NCBI GenBank assembly: GCA_965226885.1
Contig: CBDDEL010000015.1
Location: 416,001-480,000 of the forward strand
Direction of reading: 5' to 3'
Source: Opitutales bacterium
Lineage (GTDB): Bacteria; Verrucomicrobiota; Verrucomicrobiia; Opitutales; UBA2987
DNA length: 64,000 nucleotides
Below are positions 31,267 to 41,833 of the stretch, one piece after another. Under the pieces are notes generated by a model. It was not told the origin of the DNA. It made no database searches and saw only the letters and a list, made by a program, of their open reading frames with translations. The number at the start of each line of letters is the position of its first letter. The first letter of the stretch is position 1. A program made the translations under genes and the position numbers.

Positions 31267-32949
31267 ATGATAAATAATCACGAGAAATTTCTGAACCGAT
31301 ACGTCACATTAACCGCTTCCTTATGCTGGCTTATTTTTCTATTGCCGGGAATTATGGCCGGGCAAGAGGCCGACAATGGCCTCGATATAGCAAGGGTGGG
31401 GCCCCGAACGGTAGAGGTAGCGATTGAGGACTACGCCGGGCTCCAATATGTATCCACGGCAAACGGTTCCGATAAAAAGGGGGACGGCACGGAAGAAAAT
31501 CCATGGGCTTCAATCGAGGAGGCCTTGAGGGGGATCAACGATGCCAGGGCTTCAAAGCGTTATGCCGTTCTCGTCGCAGCCGGAACTTATTTCCGGGGAA
31601 CCATCCAGATGCAGGAGCACGTCGATCTTTACGGCGGATTCGATCCCGAAACCTGGAAGCGCGATATTTTCAAGAATCCCACCATCCTTGACGGGCGGGA
31701 AATTCGCAGGGTAGTGATCGGCGCGAGCAATAGCCGCCTCGACGGGTTTATTGTCACAAGGGGCCGCGCCCAGGGTCCGGGCGGCGGCATTCTCTGCGAT
31801 GGAACTTCGCCTCAAATAACCAATAACCGGATCACCAATAACGCGACCGTGGCGCCCTCAAACCTTCGATCGGATATAATCCACCAGGACGGGAATATCG
31901 GGGGAGGAATGGCTTGTTTTTTCAATGCCGTTCCGCGAATCGCCAATAACGTATTCAGCGAAAACATAACCGAGGTGGGCAATGGCGGAGGTCTCTCCAT
32001 TTATGGTTGGAACCGGCTTCCCAACCGGCCGCGGGCGGTCGTTGAAGATAATGTATTTGTCGGAAATGCCTCTGGAGTAAAAGATTTTTATCGCACCCGC
32101 AGCAGTAGCGGCGGTGCCATCTCGTGCAGCCACGAATCTATGCCCTTAATCAGGAATAACGTCATCGCCTCCAACCGGGCTGGAGGTCGCAGCGATGCCG
32201 GTGGCATCTATGTCCAATATTATTCCAGCCCGGAAATTGTCGGCAACTGGATCGTCGGCAATGTCAGCGATGACGACGGCGGCGGATTTTACACCATGCG
32301 TTTGGGCGAACCGATTCTTATTAATAATATCCTGGCTGGAAACTGGACAACCGGGGGCGGAGTCGGTGGAGCCCGCGTCAGCAAAGAAGGCCGCGCCGTC
32401 CTCATAGGCAATAGAATTGTGCAAAATCTGACCGGTGGCGGTTTGCTCAGTGTGGACAGCCGGGTGGTTCTGAAAAATAACGTTATCACGGACAACGAAA
32501 AGGGTCCCGGTTTCGGTTACCGGCAGAATTTCGATTACTTCCAGGCTTCCCTCATCGAGGGAAATTATTTTTTCGGAAACGAGCAAGGTAGTCTTTCCAT
32601 TGAGGCGGCAATAGGAGAAAAACTGGTATTCAATGACAATTGGCTGGAAGAAGAAAATAGTTCTGAAGGGAATACCTCTAATCCACGAAAAGCGGTTGTG
32701 ACCGACGATGGGTTAAAGGTGGAGATTGTTTCCAGTCGATTCAATGAATCCAATACCACCACCTTGATCGAATTGGCCTCCGGTGATAAACTTTCCGAAT
32801 ACCTGGAGGGTAGAATCCTCCATCTGGATGATCGCTGGGCGGTTGTTCAAAGCAATGACGCGCACAGCATAACGGTTTGGGGAAATATCGCCGCTCGGGA
32901 CGAAGACAGTACAACCGCTGAGATTCTGCCGACTTATCGGATTCGGTAA
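31267..32949 (+). CDS. Secreted right-handed parallel beta-helix protein (DUF1565/pectin-lyase-like fold)
   Basis: Signal peptide, YVS...GSD..GDGT..NPW.SI..AL, VAAGTY, and repeated GGG...P.I.NN.I..N turns. Confidence 0.8.
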   Translation: MINNHEKFLNRYVTLTASLCWLIFLLPGIMAGQEADNGLDIARVGPRTVEVAIEDYAGLQYVSTANGSDKKGDGTEENPWASIEEALRGINDARASKRYAVLVAAGTYFRGTIQMQEHVDLYGGFDPETWKRDIFKNPTILDGREIRRVVIGASNSRLDGFIVTRGRAQGPGGGILCDGTSPQITNNRITNNATVAPSNLRSDIIHQDGNIGGGMACFFNAVPRIANNVFSENITEVGNGGGLSIYGWNRLPNRPRAVVEDNVFVGNASGVKDFYRTRSSSGGAISCSHESMPLIRNNVIASNRAGGRSDAGGIYVQYYSSPEIVGNWIVGNVSDDDGGGFYTMRLGEPILINNILAGNWTTGGGVGGARVSKEGRAVLIGNRIVQNLTGGGLLSVDSRVVLKNNVITDNEKGPGFGYRQNFDYFQASLIEGNYFFGNEQGSLSIEAAIGEKLVFNDNWLEEENSSEGNTSNPRKAVVTDDGLKVEIVSSRFNESNTTTLIELASGDKLSEYLEGRILHLDDRWAVVQSNDAHSITVWGNIAARDEDSTTAEILPTYRIR

Positions 32950-32998
32950 GGAAAGATTCAACTCCTTCCCTGAAGCACCGCTCAGGCAGTTTCAAAAG

Positions 32999-34234
32999 CT
33001 ATTCAAAAAATCCGGAACCCTCCGCCAGGTTTGCCCGGCAGACATCTTCGTTCAGTTCAATTCCGAGGCCCGGTTTATCGGAAAGCTCGAGGTAACCGTC
33101 GTTGAAGATGGGCCCGTCACGCACGATAATATCCTGCCAATGGGGCACATCCACACTATCCGATTCCAGGGCGATGAACGATTTGATGTTGGCGCAGGCA
33201 TGCCCCGAGGCGATGGTTCCCACCGGCGTACACCCATTGTGGCAAAGCATGCTCATGTAATAAACGTCGGCCCAGTCCGCTATTTTTTTCATTTCCAGCA
33301 AACCGCCGCATTTCTGGGCGTCGGGATGAATCAGGTCGCAGGCCTGTTTTTCAATAAAGGGCCGGAATCCCTGTCGGCCAAACAGATTTTCACCGGTTAA
33401 GATGGGAATCTTGCTGGCCGCGGTGAGCCGTGCGAAAGCATCCGCGTTTTCAGGCTGCATGGGATCTTCCAGAAACCATAAATTCAAAGGTTCCAGTATT
33501 TGGGTTAATCGCAAGGAATCCCGGGTGTTGTACCTCCAATGCAAATCCACCCCGATGGGAAAATCGGGCCCCAGCGCCTCCCTTGCGGCCTCAATGATTT
33601 TATACCACTTCCTCATATCCTGAAAGGGAATGGTGCCGTTCCACTTGTCGCCGCTTAACCGGCTCAGGCTGAATTTTAAGGCCTTGAATCCGTATTCCTT
33701 GGATTTTAAAGCTTCCTCGGCCCAAGCTTCGGGCTCGGTTGTTTTGGGCGAGGCGCTGTCGTGATAGAGCAGTAATTTGTTGCGATACCCACCCCCACCC
33801 AGCAGTTGATAAACCGGAACATCGAGAATTTTTCCCGCCAGGTCCCACAACGCGGTTTCGATCCCCGATATCGCCCCGGAGAGTGCGCCGGTGCGCGAGC
33901 CCCGCGAGACATAGGCCTCCGTCAATCGATAGTGCAGGTATTCTACCTGTAGTGGATCCCTACCGATGATTCTCTCTTTTATGGTTTCGATATCCTGGGC
34001 CACTTCCGCCTTGGGATAGGCTTCCCCTAAACCATACAAGCCGGAATCTGTAGTCACCTTTACCAGGTGGGTCTTGTATTTAATGTTAATAGCGGCTGTT
34101 TTTACATCCGTTATTTTGACTTTACCGAATTCCGATTTCGCCTGCGGCGCGGCCCGGAGAATTTGCGGGGCATTGGCAAGGGCTCCAGCCGTTGTCAAAC
34201 TGGCCGCCCAAAAAAAATTTCTACGAGTTAGCAT
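32999..34234 (-). CDS. Mandelate racemase/muconate lactonizing enzyme family protein (probable sugar-acid dehydratase) with Tat signal
   Basis: TRRNFF Tat motif; G.YGLGE, IETALWDLAGK, VDLH, FLEDP, TGENL motifs. Confidence 0.9.
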   Translation of the reverse strand: MLTRRNFFWAASLTTAGALANAPQILRAAPQAKSEFGKVKITDVKTAAINIKYKTHLVKVTTDSGLYGLGEAYPKAEVAQDIETIKERIIGRDPLQVEYLHYRLTEAYVSRGSRTGALSGAISGIETALWDLAGKILDVPVYQLLGGGGYRNKLLLYHDSASPKTTEPEAWAEEALKSKEYGFKALKFSLSRLSGDKWNGTIPFQDMRKWYKIIEAAREALGPDFPIGVDLHWRYNTRDSLRLTQILEPLNLWFLEDPMQPENADAFARLTAASKIPILTGENLFGRQGFRPFIEKQACDLIHPDAQKCGGLLEMKKIADWADVYYMSMLCHNGCTPVGTIASGHACANIKSFIALESDSVDVPHWQDIIVRDGPIFNDGYLELSDKPGLGIELNEDVCRANLAEGSGFFE

Positions 34235-34425
34235 GCTGCAATTCAGTTAAATGTTTCTATTCTTTAAGAAATATATAGACCCCACCTTATTCTGAAAATC
34301 TTTTTTTGTTTTTTTATTTCTGGAATCACCATAAAGTGCGGTTGTATGTTGAAATTGACCTCCAATGTTTAATAATATCTCTTTTTGCTATATTCACTTT
34401 TAATGCTGATTGAAAGTTTGGCATT

Positions 34426-35758
34426 TGAAATGGACGGGGAAAACTGGACAGTGGAATAAGGTGGTCTTGAACCACTAAATCCGCTAACCTATGAATGTTA
34501 TTAAATCACGAAAGAGAAGACAATACAGTGCTGAGTTTAAAGCCCGAGTGGCCCTGGAAGCCATCAGGGGCGCTCATACCATCAACGAGATCGCCGGTCG
34601 TTCTGAGGTGCATCCCAACCAGGTGACCCAATGGAAGAAGCAGCTTTTGCAGGGAGCAACGGAGCTGTTTTCGCGCCAGCGGCAGACTCTCAGCAAGGAC
34701 AACGAGACGGAAAAAGATCACCTTTACCAGGAGATTGGAAAGCTGAAAGTAGAATGCGATTGGCTAAAAAAAAAGTCTGAACAATTCGGTTGGTGAGAGG
34801 CGCAAGATGGTGCAACCACTTCAAGGAAAAATCAGTATCGGCAGGCAATGTCAGTTGCTGGGGCTGGCCCGCGGCAGCTATTACTATCGGGCCCGTGCCC
34901 AGTGCGAGCAGAACGTTCTCTACATGCATCGCATGGATGAGCTCTACACCCAATATCCGTTTTTTGGTTCTCGCCGGATGACCCAGTGGCTGCGTCGAGA
35001 GGGCCATGCAGTGGGACGAGGCCGCATCCAGCGGCTCATGCGCCAAATGGGCCTGGAGGCTATTTATCCGCGTCGAAACTTGAGCCAGGGGCACCGGCAG
35101 CACCGCATTTTCCCTTATCTGCTGCGGGGTTTGGCGGTCGAGCGGCCCGACCAGGTATGGTGCAGCGACATCACTTACCTGCGGCTGAGCCGAGGATTCC
35201 TTTTCTTGACCGTGGTGTTGGACTGGTTCAGCCGCTACGTGTTGAGCTGGCAGCTTTCCAACACCCTGGAGAGCCGCTTCTGTGTGCTCGCCCTGGAGGA
35301 AGCTCTGAGGCGGGCCCAACCTCAAATCTTCAACACCGATCAAGGCAGCCAGTTTACCGGCAGCGAGTTCACCTCGGTGCTGGGGCAAGCCGGGGTGCGC
35401 ATCAGCATGGACGGGCGTGGCCGCTACCTGGACAACATATTTGTTGAACGCTTTTGGAGAACCCTCAAGTATGAAGACATTTACCTGCGCGAATACGCCA
35501 CGGCAAAGGAAGCCAGCGAAGGGATAGCCCGCTACCTGGACTTCTACAACCACCTGCGCCCCCACCAAGCCCTGGGCTACCGGACCCCGGCCGAAGTCCA
35601 TGCAATCGGAGCAAAACCAACCTCCCCGCCAATACAGCTTGCGGGCACCTGCGTGCCCGTCTTTGGCTAAGGACAAAATATATTTTTAAAAAATAATATG
35701 AACACGATTTCCACCTTAATCCCACGTCAAAATTGTCCAAACAACCCCGTCCACTTCA
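34426..35758 (+). mobile_element. IS3-family element A, copy 2
   Basis: 1333 bp, near-identical to 19168-20500; TSD ATT. Confidence 0.95.
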
Positions 35759-35875
35759 ATTTTTATTTTGAAACTATAGATCCATTTTAATTCCTTATAT
35801 TAATGAAAATTGGATTAAATACAGCTCCGCCTTTATTCTGGGTCCACCTATTAGGTGTGTGGTATTCCATTTTTT

Positions 35876-38495
35876 GGTAGTGTAGAGGCTGTCCCAAAAA
35901 TATAAAGATTTTATAGTCAACTGGATGACGTTGATAAAAAGAGCCGGAAAGAGCAAGTTTTTGCTCGATCCGGCCAAAAAAGGGTTCTATAATTGAGTTA
36001 GCGAAAATCAATATAGCCCTTTCTATGTCTATGAAAAATATAGCCATCCAATGCCTCCTGCGTCCAGCTTTAACTGTGGTCGACCGGTGCCTCGATTACG
36101 ATAACTTCCGCGCCACCATTGATCGAATCGATCGGCTGCTGATCGACTCGGAGGTGGAATCGCAGGCCTTGGAGGGGTGGCCGCCAATGGGTCTAAAGGC
36201 CCGGCGGCAGCGGGCCAGTTTTGCCATCAAGGCACTGCGCATGGATACGCTGGGCCGTCTGCTCGGAGGGATTTCGTTTCGGCATTTGTCGCGGGCTCTG
36301 GGCAGCAGCGATCTGTTGGCCGACTTTTGCCGTGTCCGGCAGATCGATGGCATCAGGGGCATCTCCAAAAGCACCCTGGAGCGGGCCTCGAAGTTTTTCA
36401 GCGAAGAGCAGTTGAGGGCCTTGCACCGGACCTTGACTGAGGTGGTGGGCGATGCCCTTCTGGCCCGGCAGGTGGGATTGGACAAGCCGATTGACACCAC
36501 CATTTGCCTGATCGACGGCACCTGTTTGGAGGCTAGCATTCATTGGCCGACGGACTGGGTATTACTCAAGGATGTAGCCGGCACGTTGCTCAAGGCGATC
36601 CGGCTGATCCGCGAGAAGGCCGGTGTGCGCCATCGCATGCCGATCGAACCGGAGCCCTTGGCTCGGCAGATGAATCGGCTGTGCATACAGATGACCCACA
36701 GCCGGCGGCGAAAGGACAGCGCGCGGCAGCGCAAGGGTATCTTGAGGCAGATGAAAAAGCTGCTCAAACGGATCGGGGAGCATGCCCGCAGTCACCGGGA
36801 ATTATTGCAAGCCTGCTGGGAGCAAAGCGATTACAGCGAAAAACAGGTCCAACAGATCCTCGCCCGGATGGAGCGCATGAGCGAGCAAATCCCGGTGGTC
36901 ATCAAACAGGCGCACGAGCGGATCATTGGCGGCCGCCAGGTGAAAAACGCAGAGAAAGTCTTGAGTGTTTACGAACTCGATGTGCAGGTGATTGTGCGAG
37001 GTAAAGCGGGCCAAGAGGTCGAGTTCGGCAACACCCTGTTTTTGGGAGAAAGCGTTGAAGGGTACCTGCTGGACTGGAAACTCTACGGCAGCCGAACTCC
37101 AAGCGAAAATGAACAAATGCAAGAGAGTTTGCAAAGACAGAACCGCTTCAACCTGGAAGAACCCATAGCGGCCATGTGCGCGGACCGGGGATTTGCCTCC
37201 CAGCGGGCCCGCCGGCAGTTAGCCCAGGAGGGAATCTACGACGCGCTCTGTCCACGCGATCCGAAGCAGTTGAAAAAACGGATGGAGGAACCACTGTTCA
37301 GACAATTGCAAAAGCGCCGGGCCAGCACCGAAGGGCGGATCGGGGTATTGAAGAATCGCTGGCAGGCCGGGCGGTTGCGCAGCAAAGGCTTTGCCAACCG
37401 CTCGATCAGCGTAGCCTGGTCGGTACTCTCGCACAACCTATGGAAAGTAGCCAAGATGCTGGCCCAGCAAGACGAACTAAAAACCAAAGCGGCGGCCTAG
37501 AGAGCGGAAAAGCAAGGACAATACTTTTTCACAGCCTTACTGTCGGCTCATACAAAGAAAACCAGGCAACCGGACCCCAAAACCAGTATACTAACGTCAT
37601 AAGAGAGCAAAGTTGATACTCTCCCAAATGCAAATACCTCTAAAATGAGCGCCTATCAAAAGCCCTCGCAAAAATCACCCTTTTGGGACAGCCTCTAGTG
37701 TATAAAAAAAGAATGTTATTTTGTATTTTTAGCTGTACAAATAGCGTTAGGCAGTTTATTTTTAGTGCATGGTTACTAAAATTATTAATTGTCGGCACTG
37801 TGGAAGTGAAAATATCATTAAATTTGGCAAGACGCCCAACCATAAGCAGCGCTACCGCTGCCATGATTGTGGTAAACAAAGCCGCGAAAACCCCACAGTG
37901 AAATACACCGAAGAGCAAAAAGAAATGATCCTTCGAGTCTATCAGGAACGCAGCAGTCTACGCGGTTTACAGCGCGCCTTCGGGGTGAGTCCCAACACCG
38001 TTTTGAGTTGGTTAAAAAAAACGACAATCGCTGCGACCGCTCAAAAGCACGATTCTTGCGGCCCGCCGCCATGATGTCATTGAACTGGACGAACTGTGGT
38101 CTTTTGTGGGGCGCAAGAGCGATGCCCAATGGGTTTGGATCGCTCTTTGCCGACGCACCCGTCAAATCCTCTCCTATGCCATTGGGCCTCGGGATTGGTA
38201 TCGTTGCCGGGAACTTTACGAGCGTCTGCCACGGGCCTACAAAAGATGTGCCACCTACAGCGACTTTTGGAGCACTTATGATGAAGTCTTTCCTCATAAC
38301 CGATCCGTGGGAAAAGAAACCGGTGAAACGGCCCATGTGGAACGATGGAACAATACCCTGCGCCAACGACTGGGTCGTTTCACACGCAAAACCCTCTCCT
38401 TTTCCAAGCTTAAGAGTATGCATGAAACCTGTCTGAGACTTTTCATTCATCAATATAATCAAGAATTAGCCACCATTCCTACTTAATACACTACC
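35876..38495 (+). mobile_element. IS1-family element, copy 3 (left IR interrupted by the IS5-like copy 3)
   Basis: GGTAGTGTA|IS|TAGTGTATAAAA; length 2620 = 802 + 1811 + 7. No matching TSD. Confidence 0.92.
35885..37695 (+). mobile_element. IS5/ISNCY-like IS, copy 3 (transposase 36025/36031-37500)
   Basis: IRs present, flanking repeat TAGTGTA. In-frame 12-bp deletion and a 6-bp duplication at the start codon. Confidence 0.93.
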
Positions 38496-38672
38496 GCCAA
38501 GTGTTGGGTAGAAGCCCTGGAAAAAGGAGGTGCAAAGGTCGATATTTATGACTTTTCAGGACTGACCACCGACACAGGGGAACCGGTCAATGATTTCAGG
38601 GATTTCCTTCGGGTTTCAGTGGACGATTGGGAAGCAGACCTAGAGGTAAGGGAGGCCATCCCCTATGAGTAG
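38496..38672 (+). pseudogene. 3' gene remnant resembling the end of a TOPRIM/primase domain
   Basis: 58 open codons (AKCWVEALEKGGAKVDIYDFSGL...GEPVNDFRDFL), followed by an overlapping ATG at 38665 that is cut by IS21. Confidence 0.35.
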
Positions 38673-38886
38673 AATCAAAACGAATATTAAAGATCATAGC
38701 CTCGCCCACAAGTTGTAAACGCCGGGATGAAACCGGTACGGGGGTCGGGGTAAAACCGGTACGCTTGGAATAAGGTTTAGGTTAGTAATTGCAGGTACGT
38801 CAAGGTTTAGGGTTTGGGAGTTGGTTTTGGGGATTGGCTTGGGGTCGGTGAGGAGGCCGGAGGCCGACGAGCCGGGCCCAAGGCGT

Positions 38887-39654
38887 TTATTGTTTTGTGC
38901 CACGGCGACGGCGTCGAGCATCGCGCAAGCGGTAGCTTTGCCCGTTGGCTTCGAGGATATGCACCCGATGGGTGAGTCGGTCCAGCAGAGCTCCGGTGAG
39001 CCGTTCGGAACCGAGCACTTCGATCCAGTTCTCAAAGGGCAGGTTGGTGGTGACGATGAGACTGGTGCGCTCGTAAGCGCGGCTGACCACGTCGAAGAGC
39101 AGTTCGGAACCGGTCTTGGAAAAAGGGACGTAACCGAGTTCGTCGAGGATGAGTAGGTCGAGCCTTTCGAGTTGCTTCATGAAGCGCTGCAGGTCGTGGT
39201 TGTCGCGTTGCTCGAGCATATGGGTAACCAGGGCGGTGACCCCGAAGAAACGGATCCGCCGGCCCTGGGCACAGGCGGCAAAGCCCAGGGCGGTGGCCAG
39301 GTGCGTTTTACCGGTACCGGCGTTACCGAGGAGCAGCACGTTTTCGCGCTGGTCGACATACTCCCCGCGCATGAGCTCTCGGATGAGCGCTTCGTTGATC
39401 GAGGGCTGCGCTTCAAAGGCGAAGCTCTCGAGGGTCTTGAGCACGGGGAAACGGGCGTTTTTGATCCGCCGCTGGGCGGCCCGCTGTTCGCGTTCAATGA
39501 GCTCCCGTTCGACCAGATGCAACAAAAAGGCGGCGTAATCGAGCCGGTCCCGGGAACAAGCCGCGGCCACCGCCGGCCATTCGCGCAGGATGGTGGGCAA
39601 CTTCAGTTTCTTGAGGTGATGGTGTAACAGCAGCTGGTTTTTTTCTTCCTTCAT
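38887..39654 (-). CDS. istB: IS21 AAA+ ATPase IstB
   Basis: GNAGTGKT Walker A, LILDELGY Walker B, ALLDRL.H. ATGA-type 4-bp overlap with istA (ATAA/ATG). Confidence 0.95.
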   Translation of the reverse strand: MKEEKNQLLLHHHLKKLKLPTILREWPAVAAACSRDRLDYAAFLLHLVERELIEREQRAAQRRIKNARFPVLKTLESFAFEAQPSINEALIRELMRGEYVDQRENVLLLGNAGTGKTHLATALGFAACAQGRRIRFFGVTALVTHMLEQRDNHDLQRFMKQLERLDLLILDELGYVPFSKTGSELLFDVVSRAYERTSLIVTTNLPFENWIEVLGSERLTGALLDRLTHRVHILEANGQSYRLRDARRRRRGTKQ

Positions 39655-41156
39655 AAAGCCCCTCCTGGAATCTTGAGCAGTTCGCTGTAGGCACCGAGGT
39701 CAGGGGCGGCCACACGGACGTGACGCAGGTGTGGATGGCCGTCCAGCCGGAAGGTTCTGCTCCCGTAGTCTTCCTGAGGATAGAGATACTGGGCGATGGC
39801 CTCACGAGTCAGTCCCCCCACCCGCAGGGCCGAGACGACGGCCTGCTGCAAGGCCGCCATGGGGTGTTTCTCCAACAGCCGCAGCACCCGGATATACTCC
39901 CGGGTGCCTTCGCCCCCGCATTGGCTTTCGAGCCGGCGTCTGAGGACCTGCAGGCACTGCGGCAACTGCCAGCCCGAGAGTGGGCGGGCGAAGTCCAAAG
40001 CGCCCGGTTTTTTCTCCAGCAAAGCCAGGTAGTGCACCGGCTCGAAAGAGACTTGCTCTTTATCCCAAATGCGGCGGTGCCGGGCCACCTCTTGGCCCCC
40101 ACAGAAGATCACCACCTGCCGACAGGACCCTTCCACCACCACCGGATGGTGGGCGCAGCGCACCGGCACCGAATAGTCGTTGCACTCGAAGCGCACCAGC
40201 GAGAGGCTGCTGACGCAGGTCGAGCGTTTGCGGCTCGCTTCAAAGGGTATGGGCGGCAACGCCAGCATGACGGCGCGCTCCTCGGCCAGCAGTTCCTTTT
40301 TCACCGCCCTTTTCCCGCGTAATTTACGCTCCATGTCCCGCTCACATGCCTCCAACAGCTTTGCGTTGAGTTCCTCCAGGTCCCGAACCTGCGGTACCGG
40401 TACCAGGAAGTTGGCCCGGGCATAACGCACGATCCCCTCGACCACGCCCTTCTCGTTGGGCCGGGCGGGCAGACAGAAGTGTTCCTCGAACAGGTAATGG
40501 CTCTGTAGCTGCAGAAACCCGTCGGTCAGCTTGCGTTCACGCGAACCGATAATCTTACCCACCGCCACCTTCGAGTTGTCATAGCTGATGCGCCGGGGCA
40601 CCGCCCCGAAAAACTCAAAAGCTCGCAGGTGCCCCTCCCAGAAGCTCTCCGTGCACTCCCGTTCGAACACCTGCACGAAAAAGGCATCGCTGTAGGGCAG
40701 GCTCATGGCAAAAAATGGCCGCCTACGCAATTGCCCCGCCTCCTTCACCAGGGCATGACCGAAGTCCACCTGTCCCTCCCCGGGGCGGTGCTCCAGCGGC
40801 ACGAACACTTCCCGCCGCCTCGCTCGCAGCTCGGCCACCACCTCCTTGACCGCCGTGTAGCCCCCTTGGTAGCCCTTCTCCCGACCCAAACGCTGGTAGA
40901 TCCGTTTGGCCGTATGGCGCTGCTTCTTGGGCACGTTCCGGTCCGCTTTGAGCACCTCCTCGATCCAGCCCACATACGGATCGATCTTGCGCTCTCGCCT
41001 CTTCTTGCGCCGGTATCCCGGCGGCTGGGAATAGGCCAGCATCTTTCCCAGGGTCTCCCAGTGCAGTCCCTCTTCTCGCATTACAGAGCGCTTGCTCTGC
41101 TTGTCCCGCAGCACTTTGTGCCGCACTCTTGTCCATTGCTTCATATCTCGATACAC
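39651..41156 (-). CDS. istA: IS21 transposase IstA
   Basis: QVDFG, YDN and NEKGVVE DDE motifs. Confidence 0.93.
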   Translation of the reverse strand: MYRDMKQWTRVRHKVLRDKQSKRSVMREEGLHWETLGKMLAYSQPPGYRRKKRRERKIDPYVGWIEEVLKADRNVPKKQRHTAKRIYQRLGREKGYQGGYTAVKEVVAELRARRREVFVPLEHRPGEGQVDFGHALVKEAGQLRRRPFFAMSLPYSDAFFVQVFERECTESFWEGHLRAFEFFGAVPRRISYDNSKVAVGKIIGSRERKLTDGFLQLQSHYLFEEHFCLPARPNEKGVVEGIVRYARANFLVPVPQVRDLEELNAKLLEACERDMERKLRGKRAVKKELLAEERAVMLALPPIPFEASRKRSTCVSSLSLVRFECNDYSVPVRCAHHPVVVEGSCRQVVIFCGGQEVARHRRIWDKEQVSFEPVHYLALLEKKPGALDFARPLSGWQLPQCLQVLRRRLESQCGGEGTREYIRVLRLLEKHPMAALQQAVVSALRVGGLTREAIAQYLYPQEDYGSRTFRLDGHPHLRHVRVAAPDLGAYSELLKIPGGAL

Positions 41157-41230
41157 TCCTCCTTTCTAGGATAAGCGTACCGGTTTTAAAGCGCCCTCTT
41201 TACCGTACCGGTTTTTCCCCGGCGTTTACA

Positions 41231-41833
41231 CCTGCGCCAACGACTGGGTCGTCTCACCGGTTTCTTTTCCCACGGATCGGTTATGAGGAAAGACTTCATC
41301 ATAAGTGCTCCAAAAGTCGCTGTAGGTGGCACATCTTTTGTAGGCCCGTGGCAGACGCTCGTAAAGTTCCCGGCAACGATACCAATCCCGAGGCCCAATG
41401 GCATAGGAGAGGATTTGACGGGTGCGTCGGCAAAGAGCGATCCAAACCCATTGGGCATCGCTCTTGCGCCCCACAAAAGACCACAGTTCGTCCAGTTCAA
41501 TGACATCATGGCGGCGGGCCGCAAGAATCGTGCTTTTGAGCGGTCGCAGCGATTGTCGTTTTTTTTAACCAACTCAAAACGGTGTTGGGACTCACCCCGA
41601 AGGCGCGCTGTAAACCGCGTAGACTGCTGCGTTCCTGATAGACTCGAAGGATCATTTCTTTTTGCTCTTCGGTGTATTTCACTGTGGGGTTTTCGCGGCT
41701 TTGTTTACCACAATCATGGCAGCGGTAGCGCTGTTTATGGTTGGACGTCTTGCCAAATTTAATGATATTTTCTCTTCCACAGTGCCGACAATTAATAATT
41801 TTAGTAACCATGCACTAAGAATAAACTGCCTAA
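41231..41833 (-). mobile_element. IS1-family element, copy 4 (both ends lost, internal micro-inversion)
   Basis: insA 41506-41811 and partial insB. Truncated by IS21 on one side and IS1380 on the other. Confidence 0.9.

Larger units (their letters stand above)
38714..41230 (-). mobile_element. IS21-family element
   Basis: Ends TGTAAACGCCGGG/CCCGGCGTTTACA with repeated ACCGGTACG boxes; istA-istB pair. No TSD. Confidence 0.95.

Noticed and set aside
19168..35758. Inversion between the two oppositely oriented IS3-A copies
   Set aside because: Each copy keeps its own matching TSD (GAG and ATT).
27362..38495. Clean IS1 composite transposon
   Set aside because: The outer flanks (CTCCCAGC vs GCCAAGTG) are not a target duplication; kept only as evidence of rearrangement.
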